The position numbers and the translations under genes were made by a program. The notes under the pieces were generated by a model. That model saw nothing but the letters and a program-made list of their open reading frames with translations, was not told where the DNA came from and did no database searches. A DNA stretch of 64,000 nt from Macrostomum lignano (Eukaryota): NCBI GenBank assembly GCA_002269645.1, contig NIVC01002377.1:62001-126000 (forward strand), given 5' to 3'. This document shows positions 26,996 through 42,000 of the stretch, in pieces; the first letter of the stretch is position 1; every line of letters begins with the position of its first letter.

Positions 26996-27734
26996 GACCG
27001 GCTATTTTTTAGTACTATTTAGAATAGAAAGCACTTTGGTCTCTGTCAGCCCAATACACGAGCTAATAAATATATAATTTTATATTAACACCGCCCAGCA
27101 TAAACTGTATTCCAATCTATATTTGATTACCTGATTAATATAACCAAGAACAAAGTTCAGAGAAACTATGATAAGCTATCCTATACTATACCTGCACACA
27201 GAACTCGTAAAATATAAATATATATACTGAAGCAGTAGGTTCTCCTATAACTGTTGTGATTTAGCAGTCCAGGCATTCATAAATCAAAAAGCATCGTAAC
27301 TGAGTTGAGTTCGTTATTTCTGGCAGTTGATTAAATTATTGTTTTGTTTTATTCTCACCCTTGACACCAAGGTCAAATCCGGTGGCAATCATGGCAGTGA
27401 CAGGCCAGATACGAAGCAAACGCATGCCATCGGTCTGACTGGAACTACATGTAGTAGCAATCTGTGCCCCCCGTCCTCGAGGCAGCGAAAAAGTAATAAA
27501 TTTCTTTTTGGATAAACTAAAAGCAGCTTTCGACCTTGTACAGTCTCTATTGCCAGTTTTTTTAGAAAAATTATGCTTAAAACAAAACAGCACCAAGCGC
27601 TGGAAGCAAGCTGTCTAGCCTAACAAATCAGCACCCCCTGAGAGCATTGGCATCAAAGCCTCCCTTTAAGGCTAAGCCATGGCTTAATACTAGCTTTTCC
27701 TTTGATGCTGGGCCTACCAGCAACTCCCAATCCA

Positions 27735-28255
27735 GCCTTGGCATCTCAGCAATTCCCCCGTGAGCATTGGCATCTCAGCAATTCCCCCCGTGAGCATTGG
27801 CATCTCAGCAATTCCCCCCGTGAGCCTTGGCATCTCAGCAATTCCCCCCGTGAGCCTTGGCATCTCAGCAATTCCCCCCGTGAGCCTTGGCATCTCAGCA
27901 ATTCCCCGAGTGAGCCTTGACATCTCAGCAATTCCCCGTGAGCCTTGGCATCTCAGCAATTCCCCCCGTGAGCCTTGGCATCTCAGCAATTCCCCGAGTG
28001 AGCCTTGATATCTCAGCAATTCCCCCGGTGAGCCTTGGCATCTCAGCAATTCCCGCCGTGAGCCTTGGCATCTCAGCAATTCCCCCCGTGAGCCTTGGCA
28101 TCTCAGCAATTCCCCGAGTGAGCCTTGATATCTCAGAAATTCCCCCGTGAGCCTTGGCATCTCAGCAATTCCCCCCGTGAGCCTTGACATCTCAGCAATT
28201 CCCCCGTGAGCCTTGACATCTCAGCAATTCCCCCGTGAGCCTTGACATCTCAGAA
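27735..28255 (+). repeat. 29-30-bp minisatellite (GAGCCTTGGCATCTCAGCAATTCCCCCCGT)
   Basis: Tandem units read directly. Confidence 0.95.
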
Positions 28256-29307
28256 ATTCGATCCCGCCGTGAACCTTGGCAACTCAGCAAGTCAAGATCG
28301 GCGACGAGTGAGTCAAGATTAGTTTGCAAATCGACTACGAAGTCGGCGACTTCAACTGGCAGGCACTGCCCACACAAGGTGCTGCTGCTGGCACTGCAGA
28401 CACGACGTTTGCGGCGTTTTGTCGACAGCCTGCTGAACAAATGTGACGCCACTCTCTTTAGATGGGTTTTTCACATACCGATCATGTCCTTGACTGCCAC
28501 TCTCCCTGGCTGTCACATGTACATGCATCTGATAGCTGCCCTCGCATTTAAGAAACGAAATCGCTTACAAGATTCTAGAAAAGTATTTCTGTACAAATTT
28601 TGCTTTTAGGAGAGCATGCACTGGGCATCCATGCAGACGGAGGACAAAGAGTACTTATGGGGTACTGGTCTGGAACGGATATTGGGACGGTTCTTTTTAG
28701 AACAGTGCTCTCCTCGCCATGCGCCTCCTATCAATATGGGTAGTTTTACGGACTTGCTGTTTGACGGCAAATAAGCCTTCTTTATTATTCCCAAAGGAAT
28801 TGCAGAGACGCTCAGTGAAAAATTAATTTGCTGCTTTTGACTTTTTTTTCAAGTAAAAAATTCACGAATCATGCTTTCATTGCCGAATTTGTGACAATAT
28901 GAAATAACCCGATTTTTATGTAGGATGACATCAAGAGAATATAAGATATATTGTTCTGACTGCTGAAGTAGGGCATAAAATAAACGCGCATTATTACTAA
29001 CAGTAGTAAAAAACCATACAGCCAATAAGAAAATTACCGTATTTCTTGTTTAACTATATAATTCTTGTTTGAATACTACGAGCTATATTGTTTTAAACCA
29101 GCGTTTTTTGTTTTAATTTACACCAACCAATGGCAGCTAAATACAATTTCGTACATATAAGCCCACACTTGGGCACTAAAATACACCAACTTTTTGAAGT
29201 TCGAAGACTTTTCTGCAAGTCCTATTTCTAACTAGCTCGTAGCTTTTAGCTATCAGAAAATTTTTGCTTACCTTCGTTGGTTTTCTAGGGAGAAACGGAG
29301 GTCGTAC

Positions 29308-29520
29308 AGACTCAAGGGGAAGTCATAAATTAAAAGACTCAGAGAGAAGTCATTAAGACTCAAGGAGAAGTCATAAAGACTCAGGGAGAAGTCATAAAGA
29401 CTCGGGGAGAATTGTCGTAAAGACTCAGGCAGAATTCGTAAAGACTCAGGGAGAAGTCGTAAAGACTCAGGGAGAAGTCGTAAGACTCAGGGAGAAGTCA
29501 TAAAGACTCAGGGAGAAGTC
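29308..29520 (+). repeat. 21-bp tandem repeat (AAAGACTCAGGGAGAAGTCAT)
   Basis: Tandem units read directly. Confidence 0.88.
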
Positions 29521-30076
29521 GTGTGCCCCTCTGATTTTTACAATGTTAATGCTCTAACACTCTTACTGCTCATAAGTCACAGCCATCCTCGATTCCAATA
29601 AATAGAAAAGCAGCAAATTAATTAGCCTTTTTTGACACGACGTAAGCAATATTTTAAAGCTCCTATTTCCCGGCGATTCCTACTCGTATATGTGCTGCAT
29701 AATAAAATCTTTTTCAAATATTCAAGAAAGTTTTTCTCAAGTTTATCGTTAAAGTAATTAACAAATGTTTAAAAGAACAACAATAGATTAATTAAGTTGT
29801 TTTAAAAGATTTTTCACAATTTCAATTTTCTATTTTCAATGAAACGAGACTTTGAGAAAGCAGTTAATCTTTCAGAAAAAACATTAGGATTGATTGTGAC
29901 TGTGTTAGTGATTACACTGTGTGTTACATTTCCATTTCATAAAATAGTTGAATCTAATCAATTATATTTATCTCGTGGTTGCTAGATTCCCTTTTACAGA
30001 CTAATTGGACTTAGAGAAAGTTTCTAATCACTATTCTTTGATTGTTTTAAAACGTTTCTGGTGACTGTCTGATATA

Positions 30077-33000
30077 ATGTCGTATTCACAGCTGAGCCAG
30101 GATGTTAGTGAACGCTATTCGAATGTCTCCAATTTTTTTCGCAGTGGTCACATTGAAGACATTGACAAAATTGGTAAGCAGGAAAGCTAAAAGCTTTAAA
30201 CTATTGCTATTTTCACCAAGAATTTTAAGTGGCTAAATAAATAACAAAGCAATTCAGTCTCGAGACTAGGCCTAACCAAACATTTTTATAGGATTTGAAT
30301 TTTCATTTTTAGTATATAGGATTGTTAAATGTTTTTGACTGATTTTTTTGCAGTTAATTCGTCAATAATAGGATTTATAGAATGATAATATAAATCCAAA
30401 GCTATGCTATGGCTATGGTTTATATTTTGGCAATTGTTATTGTTAGAGCCTGCAGTGAGGTTTTTCAATTTGAAAAATATGGAAATATTTGAATCTCATC
30501 ATCTAGATCTTGTTGGAAGGTTTCAAAAACATTTAGTTCATAAAAATAGGTCTAGAAACAAAAAAGTTATATCTATTTTTAGTAATTTCTTTTCTTTGTT
30601 TATAGTATCTTTCCTTAATAGACCCTAGCCTAACTTAATTCATTGTGATCTGTTGATGCTCACAATACTTAGATAAATTGTTGGAAAAATACAAGTAAAA
30701 AATAGAAAAACTTTCGTTAAAAATAAATGAATAAATAAAATAAAAACATTTGTATATAATATGAATATATTTTTGACAATACTTGTTTGTATATAATCCC
30801 TATAAGAAAAAGTTGTAAAACTGTGGACAGTATCTGGTGCACTTTCAAAGTTTTCCTAAAGCACAGTGCGCACAAAGGCATGCAGCGCCTGCATACATGC
30901 TGCCCTTTCCTGCTGGCTGCTGCTCCAGCAAATAAATATACATGGAAAAGGATCTAATATCTTTGTGGAAGGGGCCTATACACTCATAATTTCTCGTATA
31001 ATGCTTAGCTTAGAGATGTTCCAAAATTTCAATTTTGATTTTCCAAAATTTTGGAAGCATGTAAAGGAGTGTCTAAAAATAAACTAATTTGTGTTATATA
31101 TACATGTATTTTGTTTTGCATAAGCAGTAAATCAAGAGTAAAAAAGTGAGTTTTGGTCATAGTAAACTGTTTTTCTTGATTTTGATTTCAGAAAATTTTA
31201 ATTACAATTTTGGAAAGTTAGCAAATTTTGATTTCAATAGAAAAATATTTCTAATAATCCTAAAGTGCGGTAAAATAATTTGACCCTTTTTCTAAAGTGT
31301 ACATCCGCGAGTTTTCAACATTTATTCCAGTAAGGGATATTATATATTATATATTTATAGCACAGAATTTTCTCTAATCCTTTTCATACTTTGACAATAT
31401 TAAACTTTATTTAAATAAATTAAAACTTTCTAATGATTCATTGCTTTTACAATTACATGTATATTATTCATTTTGAGAGTAAAAACTTTTGTATCTTGAT
31501 TTGGTAGAAATACTTATATAGATGTTATAGGGAGATTCTTGAACTTTTATATGGGTAAAAATGTAGGAGAGGGGGGCAAAAGTAAAAATAAATCTTTGCA
31601 ACAAATTCTACATATTGATGCTAGCAATGTGGTGCATCAGACAATTGGTAGAAAAAGCATTTGGAATACTTAAATACAACATTTGTTGCAAAAAATTATT
31701 GAAAAAAGATAGTTATAATGAAGTATATAATGAATAGTGATTTGTAATGAAGTCATTTGTATAGGAATTATATTTAGCACATTTTTGCTCACTTCTATCT
31801 ATTATTTATCATACAGGTATGTATGCAGCTACCAGTCAGCTACAGCAAAGGGCCAATGAAGTTCGGGCTAACAGGGTGAATTGGCAATCATATTTGCAGT
31901 AAGTGAATTTCAATGACATTTTTTGTATGGTTTAATTTTTTTTTAATTTAACATATTGAGAGCAAGAAAGTTTGAATTAGATATGCAGTAATTGCAATGG
32001 GGGTCATCTTACTTGTAGTATAGTTTATATTTAAACAGTTTTTTATTAATGAAGGAGACATGCTGAGATGTATAGAAAGATATAGGACATAAGGTAGGGA
32101 GAGATAAATGCAAATTAATCAGATTCAGTAAGATGAAGGGAGAGTCAATAAGATGCAGGAAAGTCAAATGAGATGCAGGGAGCGTCGATAAAAGCAGGGA
32201 GAGTCAATGAAAAACAGAGCGTCGATGAGATTTGAGAAACAGATAGAGTCAATGAGATTTTGACAAAGTCAAATGAGATGTAGGGAGAGTCAATGAGATG
32301 CAGAAGTGTCAATGAGATGCAGGAGAGTCAATGAGATGCAGGGAGAGTCAATGAGATGCAGGGAGAGTCAATGATATGCAGGGAGAGTCAATGATATGCA
32401 GGGAGAGTCAATGAGATGCAGGGAGAGTCAATGAGATGCAGGGAGAGTCAATGAGTTGCAGTGAGAGTCAATGATATGCAGGGAGAGTCAATGATATGCA
32501 GGGAGAGTCAATGAGATGCAGGGAGAGTCAATGAGATGCAGGGAGAGTCAATGAGATGCAGGGAGAGTCAATGAGATGCAGGGAGAGTCAATGATATGCA
32601 GGGAGAGTCAATGAGATGCAGGGAGAGTCAATGAGATGCAGGGAGAGTCAATGAGATGCAGGGAGAGTCAATGAGATGCAGGGAGAGTCAATGAGATGCA
32701 GGGAGAGTCAATGATATGCAGGGAGAGTCAATGAGATGCAGTGAGAGTCAATGATATGCAGGGAGAGTCAATGAGATGCAGGGAGAGTCAATGAGATGCA
32801 GGGAGAGTCAATGAGATGCAGGCAGTCAATGAGATGCAGGGAGACACAGCCAGAGTGACTCAACCCCACCCGCGCAGAGGCCAGATGATAGACCAGGCTG
32901 ACTATGACTTCATCGTGAAGCTGGAGTCCCGGGCCAGTCAACCGGAGCAGCGCAAGGCTCTGATAGACGAGAATTCCAATCAGTTTGTTCGAACGATACT

Positions 33001-36000
33001 CGCCCTGCTGGCTAGAATCTCCAAGGAGCAGACTGTGCAGTACATCCTAACTCTGCTCGACGACCTGCTGCAGGAGGAGAAGCAACGCGTCGAACTGTTC
33101 AAAGCTTATTCCCAGCGACGCAGAGAGAGCGTATGGGCGCCGTTCTTTAGCATGCTGCACAGGCAGGATGGCTTCATTGTCAATCAGGCATCGAGAATCA
33201 TCGCCAAAATTGCCTGCTGGGGTAACCAGCTGATGGAGCACACTGAGCTGCTGCATTACCTGTCCTGGCTCAGGGAGCAGCTGCGACTGCCTGTAGGATT
33301 TTTAATTGTCTTCTCCGATGCTGTGATCCCAGTGTCTTCTTTATGATCCCAATGTTTTCCCTATGATCCCAGTGTCTTCTTTATGATCCCAATGTTTTCC
33401 ATATGATCCCAGTGTCTTCTTTATGATCCCAGTGTCTTCTTTATGATCCCAGTGTCTTCCTTATGATCCCAGTGTCTTCCTTATGATCCCAGTGTCTTCC
33501 CTATGATCCCAGTGTCTTCCCTATGATCCCAGTGTCTTCTTATGATCCCAATATCTTCCCTATGATCTCAGTGTCTTCCTTATGATCCCAATGTCTTCTT
33601 CCCTATGATCCCAGTGTCTTCTTATGATCCCAGTGTCTTCCTTATGATCCCAGCGTCTTCCCTATGATTCCAGTGTCTTCCTTATAATTCCAGTGTCTTC
33701 CTTATGATCCCAGCGTCTTCCTTATGATCCCAATATTTTCCCTATGATCCCAGTGTCTTCCCTATGATCCCAGTGTCTTCTTATGATCCCAATATCTTCC
33801 CTATGATCTCAGTGTCTTCCTTATGATCCCAATGTCTTCTTCCCTATGATCCCAGTGTCTTCTTAAGATCCCAGTGTCTTCTTATGATCCCAGTGTCTTC
33901 CTTATGATCCCAGTGTCTTCCTTATGATCCCAGTGTCTTCCTTATGATCCCAGTGTCTTCCCTATGATCCCAGTGTCTTCCTTATAATCCCAGTGTCTTC
34001 CTTATGATCCCAGCGTCTTCCTTATGATCCCAATATTTTCCCTATCATCCCAGTGTCTTCTTCCTTATGATTCCAGTGTCTTTCATACGAGTATCATGCA
34101 AGGACTACTAGACTTAAAGGACGCAACACTCGCAAATCTTGCAAAAATTTGAAGGCCGATTATTAAAATGTCTGTATCTCCGAATCGGTTGTATGTAGAA
34201 GGTTAATTTTTTCGCCAGATTGTTCAGATTTTTGTCATCTACCAAGTAAGTCAGCTAGTTCAGCTTCCCACTAGATGTAGATGCAAGAAAATCCTGTACA
34301 ATGGAGTCACCCTATTTTTGGGCGTATGGTAGCTATTCAAATCTTCAAGTCTAGTAAGGAAAATTATTAATAAAGTAGCTGAAAATCTTGACCGCATTCT
34401 TTGTGAATACGCTCGTAGTTTCATTACCTGTGACAATTGTTTCAGAAATTATATCGGATCATGGAGATCATATACAGAACCCGAAAACATTGGCCTACGA
34501 GCGTATGTCTTAAATACTCTTACAACAAACCCAATTATAATAAAAATGAGTGAGTAGAAAGTAAGCCAATAAACATCAAGAAACAGGCTCTTCTGATATT
34601 CTGTTCTGCATAATCTGTAAATTAAGTAAGTGCGATTAATTACTCGTACATGTATATTGAGCAGCTTAAATTATCTGGCGAACAGTGTTGCAAACTGATT
34701 AAAAATATAGAACAAGTGGGATGACGGAAAAAAGTTAATCATAAAACACCGAAAACGCTTTTATAAATGCACCAAAATTCTGAACATATTTCAACATTAG
34801 TAGAGGGGTTCATAAGTACAGAACTAGAAAACGCAAAACAGCCTCCTCTTTTAAGAACTATAAAACGCAAAATCAGTCGTGTGTATACCCAAAACAGTCT
34901 CCTCTTTTAAGCATAGTAGACATGGATTCACAATTACACAGAACTAGAAAACGCACAAACGGTACGTGTATATGCTGACAAACCCTGTCACTCTACACAC
35001 CGATATCAAGTGTTGGAAGCACTAGAGTAGCACAAATTCTTGTAGCTAGGCACATATTTTTGGCAAATTTTTTTCACTGATGGAGTTCTGAAGCTATCTT
35101 GATGAGAGTGATGGTAAATTTCATGTAGCAGTACCTAGTATGATTTTAAGTGCGATTGTAAGAGTAAAGTGTGGTTAAATAGCTGAGCAAATAATTTGAA
35201 TAAAAATGTATACTAAGTTAGCAATTAAAGGACATTAAACGTCACTCTGGATGTAGCTTTCGCAGTCGCCGAGGTGTAACACCTAAAGGTCTTGAGGGTT
35301 CTGACTCTCGGCGAACCAACCCTTTAAAGAATATATTGACCAGACGTCTTGAAATTCGCTTCAATTGCGACGAATCTATTGCTTCATTGGTGTCGATAAA
35401 CGAGTCGAAAACGATAAAAAATACAGAAACGGTACTGTTGACGCAGCGCGATTTTGTTAAACAGAAGAAAACGTAACAATCCAGCGAACTGTACTAGCCA
35501 TTCTTGAGGGTGGCGAAGCTTTCCGCGTGACAACAGTGTGGTGAACTCACTTTCTTCAGGTTGGTAAGCCTCACCTGAATAAGGCAGACATTCTCTCGCT
35601 GAAACGTAGCCAGATAAAGCGCTGCTTGCTCTTCTTTCTGCAGGCTTTCCGCAGTCTCGAGGCAGCTGGTCAAGAGCGTCCAGATCGGCTTCCGACATGC
35701 CAGACAAACAGCATTCCGCGTTTCGATGCTCTTTGTCAGTGCTCATCAGTAGCGTGTAAATTTTCATTTGACGCAAACGAGCGCTTGCCAAAATTTGGTC
35801 TACGCCAATGTAGTAGCAGCCTCCATGTCCTTGCCGATAAATACCGAACTCGCCCTCCAACCGATCAGATTGAAACTCACCTGCAAAAAGGGAAACATTG
35901 GCATGCTTCGTATGCTTCGTAATAAAGTATGACATGAAAGTCATTAAATAAATAAGTAAAGTTTTAAATTTAACGTTAAAAACGTTAAAATTTACCCAAC

Positions 36001-39000
36001 AGCACATAAGAAAAGCCGAGCTTGGTTAGCAGGTGCCTACACAGGCTGCCAAGACCTTTAGTTGTTTGCACCAGTGCTTTGCGCGTCTCCGTAGTCAAAG
36101 ACCGAGCACGAGTAGCGCCTCTTCCACCAGGCATGCGTTCCACAATGGCTGAAAACTCCAGCAAATATGTGAGGTTCATCGAGTCAGGTGAATTTATAGG
36201 TGATCGTTTCACCTCGTTAAGTCGAATACATGATTTAGGCGACTTGACGTTTACAATCTTCCAGAAGTTTGTAACTAGCTCAACGAAATCAGCAGTGCCT
36301 GTGTAACCTTTCATACGTAGTGCAGCTATAGTCTTCTCATGAAATACATCCAAAACCAGCTTCACCTTTTGGCGCTCTAAAGGAGAAGGATTGCACGAAA
36401 CTGGGCTTAGTGATGTCGGTCTAATAATGTTTTGACGCGAACTCTCTTCAATGTCCACAAGATCGTTCCATTTGGCACATGCTGACGAGCCACCCTCGGT
36501 AAGCACAAACTCAATCTCTTTGTAGCCTTGCGTCAACCATTTATTCCTTACGTTTTTTAACAGGTGCACTGTGTTGTAAAGCAGAAATAGTGGACGGCTG
36601 TCGTCTGCGGGATTTATTGCTCTCCATGGTTCATTCGGATCTTCCCGCGTAAATAAGTCGAAACAGTTTCTGTTCGTAAAATGGTTATCGCAGATTAATG
36701 CGATTACAGTACCGTCACATTCGTGAATAATTCTGATAAGCTTTACAATTTGATGGTGTAGGAACCGTGGCGATAAACTGAAAATAGGAACAAGTCGGGT
36801 CACAAAAGCTTCAGCGCCCATCAAATGCTTCACCATAATGGCTAGAACAGTCCGTGTCAACATATCTGGGGCATCTTCTGCAAATCCAACTGCATGACCG
36901 CCAGTAAATCGCAAGGATGGCTGCACATACACTTCGTCAAAAATCAGACAACAGCAGCGTTGTAAAGGCGAGCTTCGAGTCATTTGCGACGCTACAATTT
37001 GCCGGCACTCTGCGTCTGTTCCTACTGTTCCAAGTCCGCCCAGATGTCGTTTCAACGTGACTGGATGTGGTAGGCACGCGAGGCTCCTTAGTGCACGGTA
37101 TCCACTTCGGCCAGAGAAATACAGTTTTGCAGCTGTCAAAATGTCCTGCGAGTTGTATCGGACTCCTTGTGTTTGCGTAGTGCTAAGCTCTAACTGACGT
37201 AGTAAGAAGGACTGCCGAAAATCACCGGAGCACAATTCCCGCAGGGATTGAACGTGTGCAGCGAGCTCGCTACTCGTAGTCTGTTTAGCTTGCCGAACGT
37301 GGTTAGCCACGGCCTCTAGCTGGCTGAATCGCTCTACACGATGCTGGAAACCTAAAAGGTGCGACACTGCAACTGAAGTATTTAAACGGTAAACACTCAA
37401 CGTGAAGTCTGATTAAACAGATAGAGAAACTTTAACGGTTCTATCTTTAACGATAATAAATTGCACAGCAGATGCACTTCTCTGAACCAGCCAGCCATCC
37501 ACCACTAGTGACAAAACTAAGCTTGTCAGACTGCTCAGCAAAGCTGGACCATGACTGGATTTTATCGACTAAATTGAAGGACTCCATTTCATCCGGTAAA
37601 TGTCCTCGGTGATCAAGAAGAACACCTCGTCGATTGACTTGTCTAGACTGCTCTGAAACATGAATGAAATGCATAACTTGATATCTACTTGGATTTTATC
37701 TGAGCCAAACAGACTATCGTTGGAGCAGCACTTTCCGTTAATTCAAAGAGTAATAACAAATTCACTGCTTATTACACTCACTTGATCCAGTAAGGCGCAT
37801 TGATGACTTTGCAGTTGAAAATACGCTTGGTGGATAGACAGGCCTCGAGTATCGATACAGTTTTATCATGGGTGCATCAGCTGGCCAATGCTTTCTGCAT
37901 ACGCCCATGAACTTTGTGACTTTCTAAAAAGGGAATAGATAAAAAGAAGACCTTGGCTGAAATATACACATTTCTAGTATAGCAAATACTATTGAGAAAT
38001 TCTAGTATAAGCTTAGTAAAAACTCAAAAAACATACATAAATAAACTTACTAATAGAAGCAAGCAGACAATCAAACGAATTCACAAGTTGGTACATGAAA
38101 AGTATATTAGTTAATATTATATTTACCTTTATTTTAGAAGGCAAACATTCCAGCCAGAGTCTAGTAGTAGCTTCATCTTTTGGGAAGCTATATACTGTGA
38201 CCTTATCACCAGTAGAATAGTTGCTGGTGCATCTTGGTACACAGCATTTCATTGGCATGACAGCTGTTAGTCTGCAGTTACATAGAGGTAGAAAGGAAAA
38301 ATTGACTATTTGATATTAATGTAAGCTATACTCCTTCTTTACATTATTATTCATTGTCTTAAAAAGGGTAGAATAATTTAATCCTTTTTCCAATAATACA
38401 TAATGGATTTATTAATAAATTTTGATTTCTGAAATATAGTAAAACTCTTAAGCCTAACCATAATTTATATCATTCTAATTTGATTTACCTTACTTAGTGA
38501 TATTTCTATAATAAGGATTTCAATAAGTCAATGTGTATTAAAAAATAGGCCTAGTCATAGATACCAGTATACAGGGCTTCCATTGGCATCAAGTAAAGCT
38601 AATCAAGTAGACAAACATGTACAAATGAAATATAGTAGGCCTAAATAAGCAAGGTATCAGATAGACTTTAAACAAACCGAAAATCTTTCTAAAAAGAATA
38701 CTTAGTAACAGGCAAAATCAACTAGACATTATAGAATATGCAAAGCATTGGCCTATAAATTAATAACCATTACAACAAAACATGCTAGGTTTCTTTCGTC
38801 CCTATTAATTCAAGGGAAGACCTAGTTGCAATTAGTAGGCCTATATACTTTGCAAAAGAAATCAATGAAAAATCAAGTTACTTATGGCCAAGGGCAAGGG
38901 TTTATGCCTAGTTAGGAATAAAATTGGCATATAGGCCTACTACAATATGCTCGATCCTAATCAATAAGTATATAATGTAAAAACTCTAATAACTAAATAG

Positions 39001-42000
39001 TACAAACAAACCACAAAAAATGCAATAGAACTAAGTGTTTCTGTTTACATACTCCAAAATTTCAGAAAGAAATAGCCTTCAGCTACTGCAAACAGCACAT
39101 ATGTTGAAAATCATGCGATTCGTCTATCTCACTAATGTATACGAGAACGAAAATCGGCCTTCAACTATTTTTACACGAATCGAGAGTGTTACGTCCTTAT
39201 ATAACGAAGTGTTCCTAGTGGTCCTTGGTATCATGAAGTCCATATGCAATCCATATGATTCCAATGTCTCCCCTGACCTCACAGTGCTCTCTCTTGCTAA
39301 CAACACCTTTCCGCTTTGAAATCCCCTCCGTAGTCGAACGAGTACGTCCAAACAGTGGTCCGCTGCCTGCAAATGATGCTCAGAGTTGGGCCCTACAGAC
39401 AGGCATTCTGCGACATTGACGGCATTGCCACCTTGGCCAGCGTTCTGTCAACTAAGGTCAACTATCAGATCCAGTACCAGCTGGTGTTCTGCCTGTGGTG
39501 CCTCAGCTTCGATGCTGATATTGTTATGCGAATGAAGAAGTGAGTTTAATTTATTCTGCAGTTTGCGGAAGACTAGCGTTAGTTCAATTGGCGCTAAAGT
39601 CACGTATACTCAAAACTTGGCGCCAAGATCTGTGTCTGCCAGTGGCACCGAATTTCGTGTGTCGATGGCGCCAAATTCGGTATGTTGATGGCGCCAAATT
39701 TAGTATGTTGATGGTGCCAAATTCAGTATGTTGATGGCGCCAAATTCGGTATTTTAATAGCGCCAAATTCGGTATGTTGATGTGGCCAAATTCAGTTTTT
39801 TGATGGCGCCAAATTCAATATGTTGATGGCGCCAAATTCAATATGTTGATGGCGCCAAATTCAGTATTTTGATGGCGCCAAAGTCAGTATTTTGATAGCG
39901 CAAAATTTGGTATTTTGATGGCGCCAAATTCAGTATTTTGATGACGCCAAATTCGGTATGTTGATAGCTCCAAATTCAGTATGTTGATGGCGCCAAATTC
40001 GGTTTTTTGATGGCGCCAAATTCTGTATGTCATGGCGCCAAATTCGGTATGTTGATGGCGCTAAATTCGGTGTGTTGATGGCGCCAAATTCAGTATTTTG
40101 ATGGCGCCAAATTCAGTATTTTGATGGCGCCAAATTCAGTATTTTGATGGCGCCAAATTCAGTATTTTGATGGCGCCAAATTCAGTACTTTGATGGCGCT
40201 AAATTCAGTATTTTGATGGCGCCAAATTCAGTATTTTGATGGCGCCAAATTCAGTACTTTGATGGCGCCAAATTCAGTATTTTGATGGCGCCAAATTCAG
40301 TATTTGATGGCGCTAAATTCGGTATAATAACTTTTACATTGATAAGACGTCTATATCAACGTTTCCAATATATTTTAGTTAAAATATAAACAAAATGAAT
40401 AAATATTCCTGTCGCCTACTGTTAGTAGCTGATAGCTCTCGCATATCAAGAGTAGCCGCTCTCTCTCCCGCGCAGGTACAATCTGATCCCAATCTGCGCG
40501 GACGTTCTATGCGAATCTGAGAAAGAGAAAGTTAATCGCATTGTGTGCGCCTTCTTTCGGCACCTGCTTGAGAAGCCAACTGACTCAATGATGGTTAGGG
40601 AGAGCGCGCTGTCCATGGTGCACTGCAAAGTGCTTAAACAGGTGCGAATGAGTATGATTTATTGCTTATCAGCTGAGTGCTGGCATGTCAATTTTTTGCT
40701 AGAAAGTTACCCCCCATCCTGTAAGCTGTCAGTTCAGACTGTCACCCTCCATCCTGTAAGCTGTCAGTTCAGACTGTCACCCTCCATCCTGTAAGCTGTC
40801 AGTTCAGACTGTCACCCTCCATTCTGTAAGCTGTCAGTTCAGACTGTCACCCTCCATCCTGTAAGCTGTCAGTTCAGACTGTCACCCTCCATCCTGTAAG
40901 CTGTCAGTTCAGACTGTCACCCTCCATCCTATCCGCTGTCAGTTCAGGCTGTCACCCTCCATCCTGTAAGCTGTCAGTTCAGACTGTCACCCTCCATTCT
41001 GTAAGCTGTCAGTTCAGACTGTCACCCTCCATCCTATCCGCTGTCAGTTCAGGCTGTCACCCTCCATTCTGTAAGCTGTCAGTTCAGACTGTCACCCTCC
41101 ATCCTGTAAGCTGTTAGTTCAGACTGTCACCCTCCATTCTGTAAGCTGTCAGTTCAGACTGTCACCCTCCATCCTGTAAGCTGTCAGTTCAGACTGTCAC
41201 CCTCCATCCTGTAAGCTGTCAGTTCAGACTGTCACCCTCCATCCTGTAAGCTGTTAGTTCAGACTGTCACCCTCCATCATATAAGCTGTCACCCTCCATT
41301 CTGTAAGCTGTCAGTTCAGACTGTCACCCTCCATTCTTTAAGCTGTCAGTTCAGACTGTCACCCTCCATCCTGTAAGCTGTCAGTTCAGACTGTCACCCT
41401 CCATCCTGTAAGCTGTCAGTTCAGACTGTCACCCTCCATCCTATCCGCTGTCAGTTCAGGCTGTCACCCTCCATCCTATCCGCTGTCAGTTCAGGCTATC
41501 ACCCTCCATCCTGTAAGCTGTCAGTTCAGACTGTCACCCTCCATCCTATCCGCTGTCAGTTCAGGCTGTCACCCTCCATCCTGTAAGCTGTCAGTTCAGA
41601 CTGTCACCCTCCATCCTGTAAGCTGTTAGTTCAGACTGTCACCCTCCATTCTGTAAGCTGTCAGTTCAGACTGTCACCCTCCATCCTGTAAGCTGTCAGT
41701 TCAGACTGTCACCCTCCATCCTGTAAGCTGTCAGTTCAGACTGTCACCCTCCATCCTGTAAGCTGTTAGTTCAGACTGTCACCCTCCATCATATAAGCTG
41801 TCACCCTCCATTCTGTAAGCTGTCAGTTCAGACTGTCACCCTCCATTCTGTAAGCTGTCAGTTCAGACTGTCACCCTCCATCCTGTAAGCTGTCAGTTCA
41901 GACTGTCACCCTCCATCCTGTAAGCTGTCAGTTCAGACTGTCACCCTCCATCCTGTAAGCTGTCAGTTCAAACTGTCACCCTCCATCATATAAGCTGTCA

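Noticed and set aside
34110-35330. TTAAAGG...CCTTTAA ends suggesting a Kolobok element
   Set aside because: The inverted match extends only ~7 bp, and the adjacent transposase motifs are P-element type.
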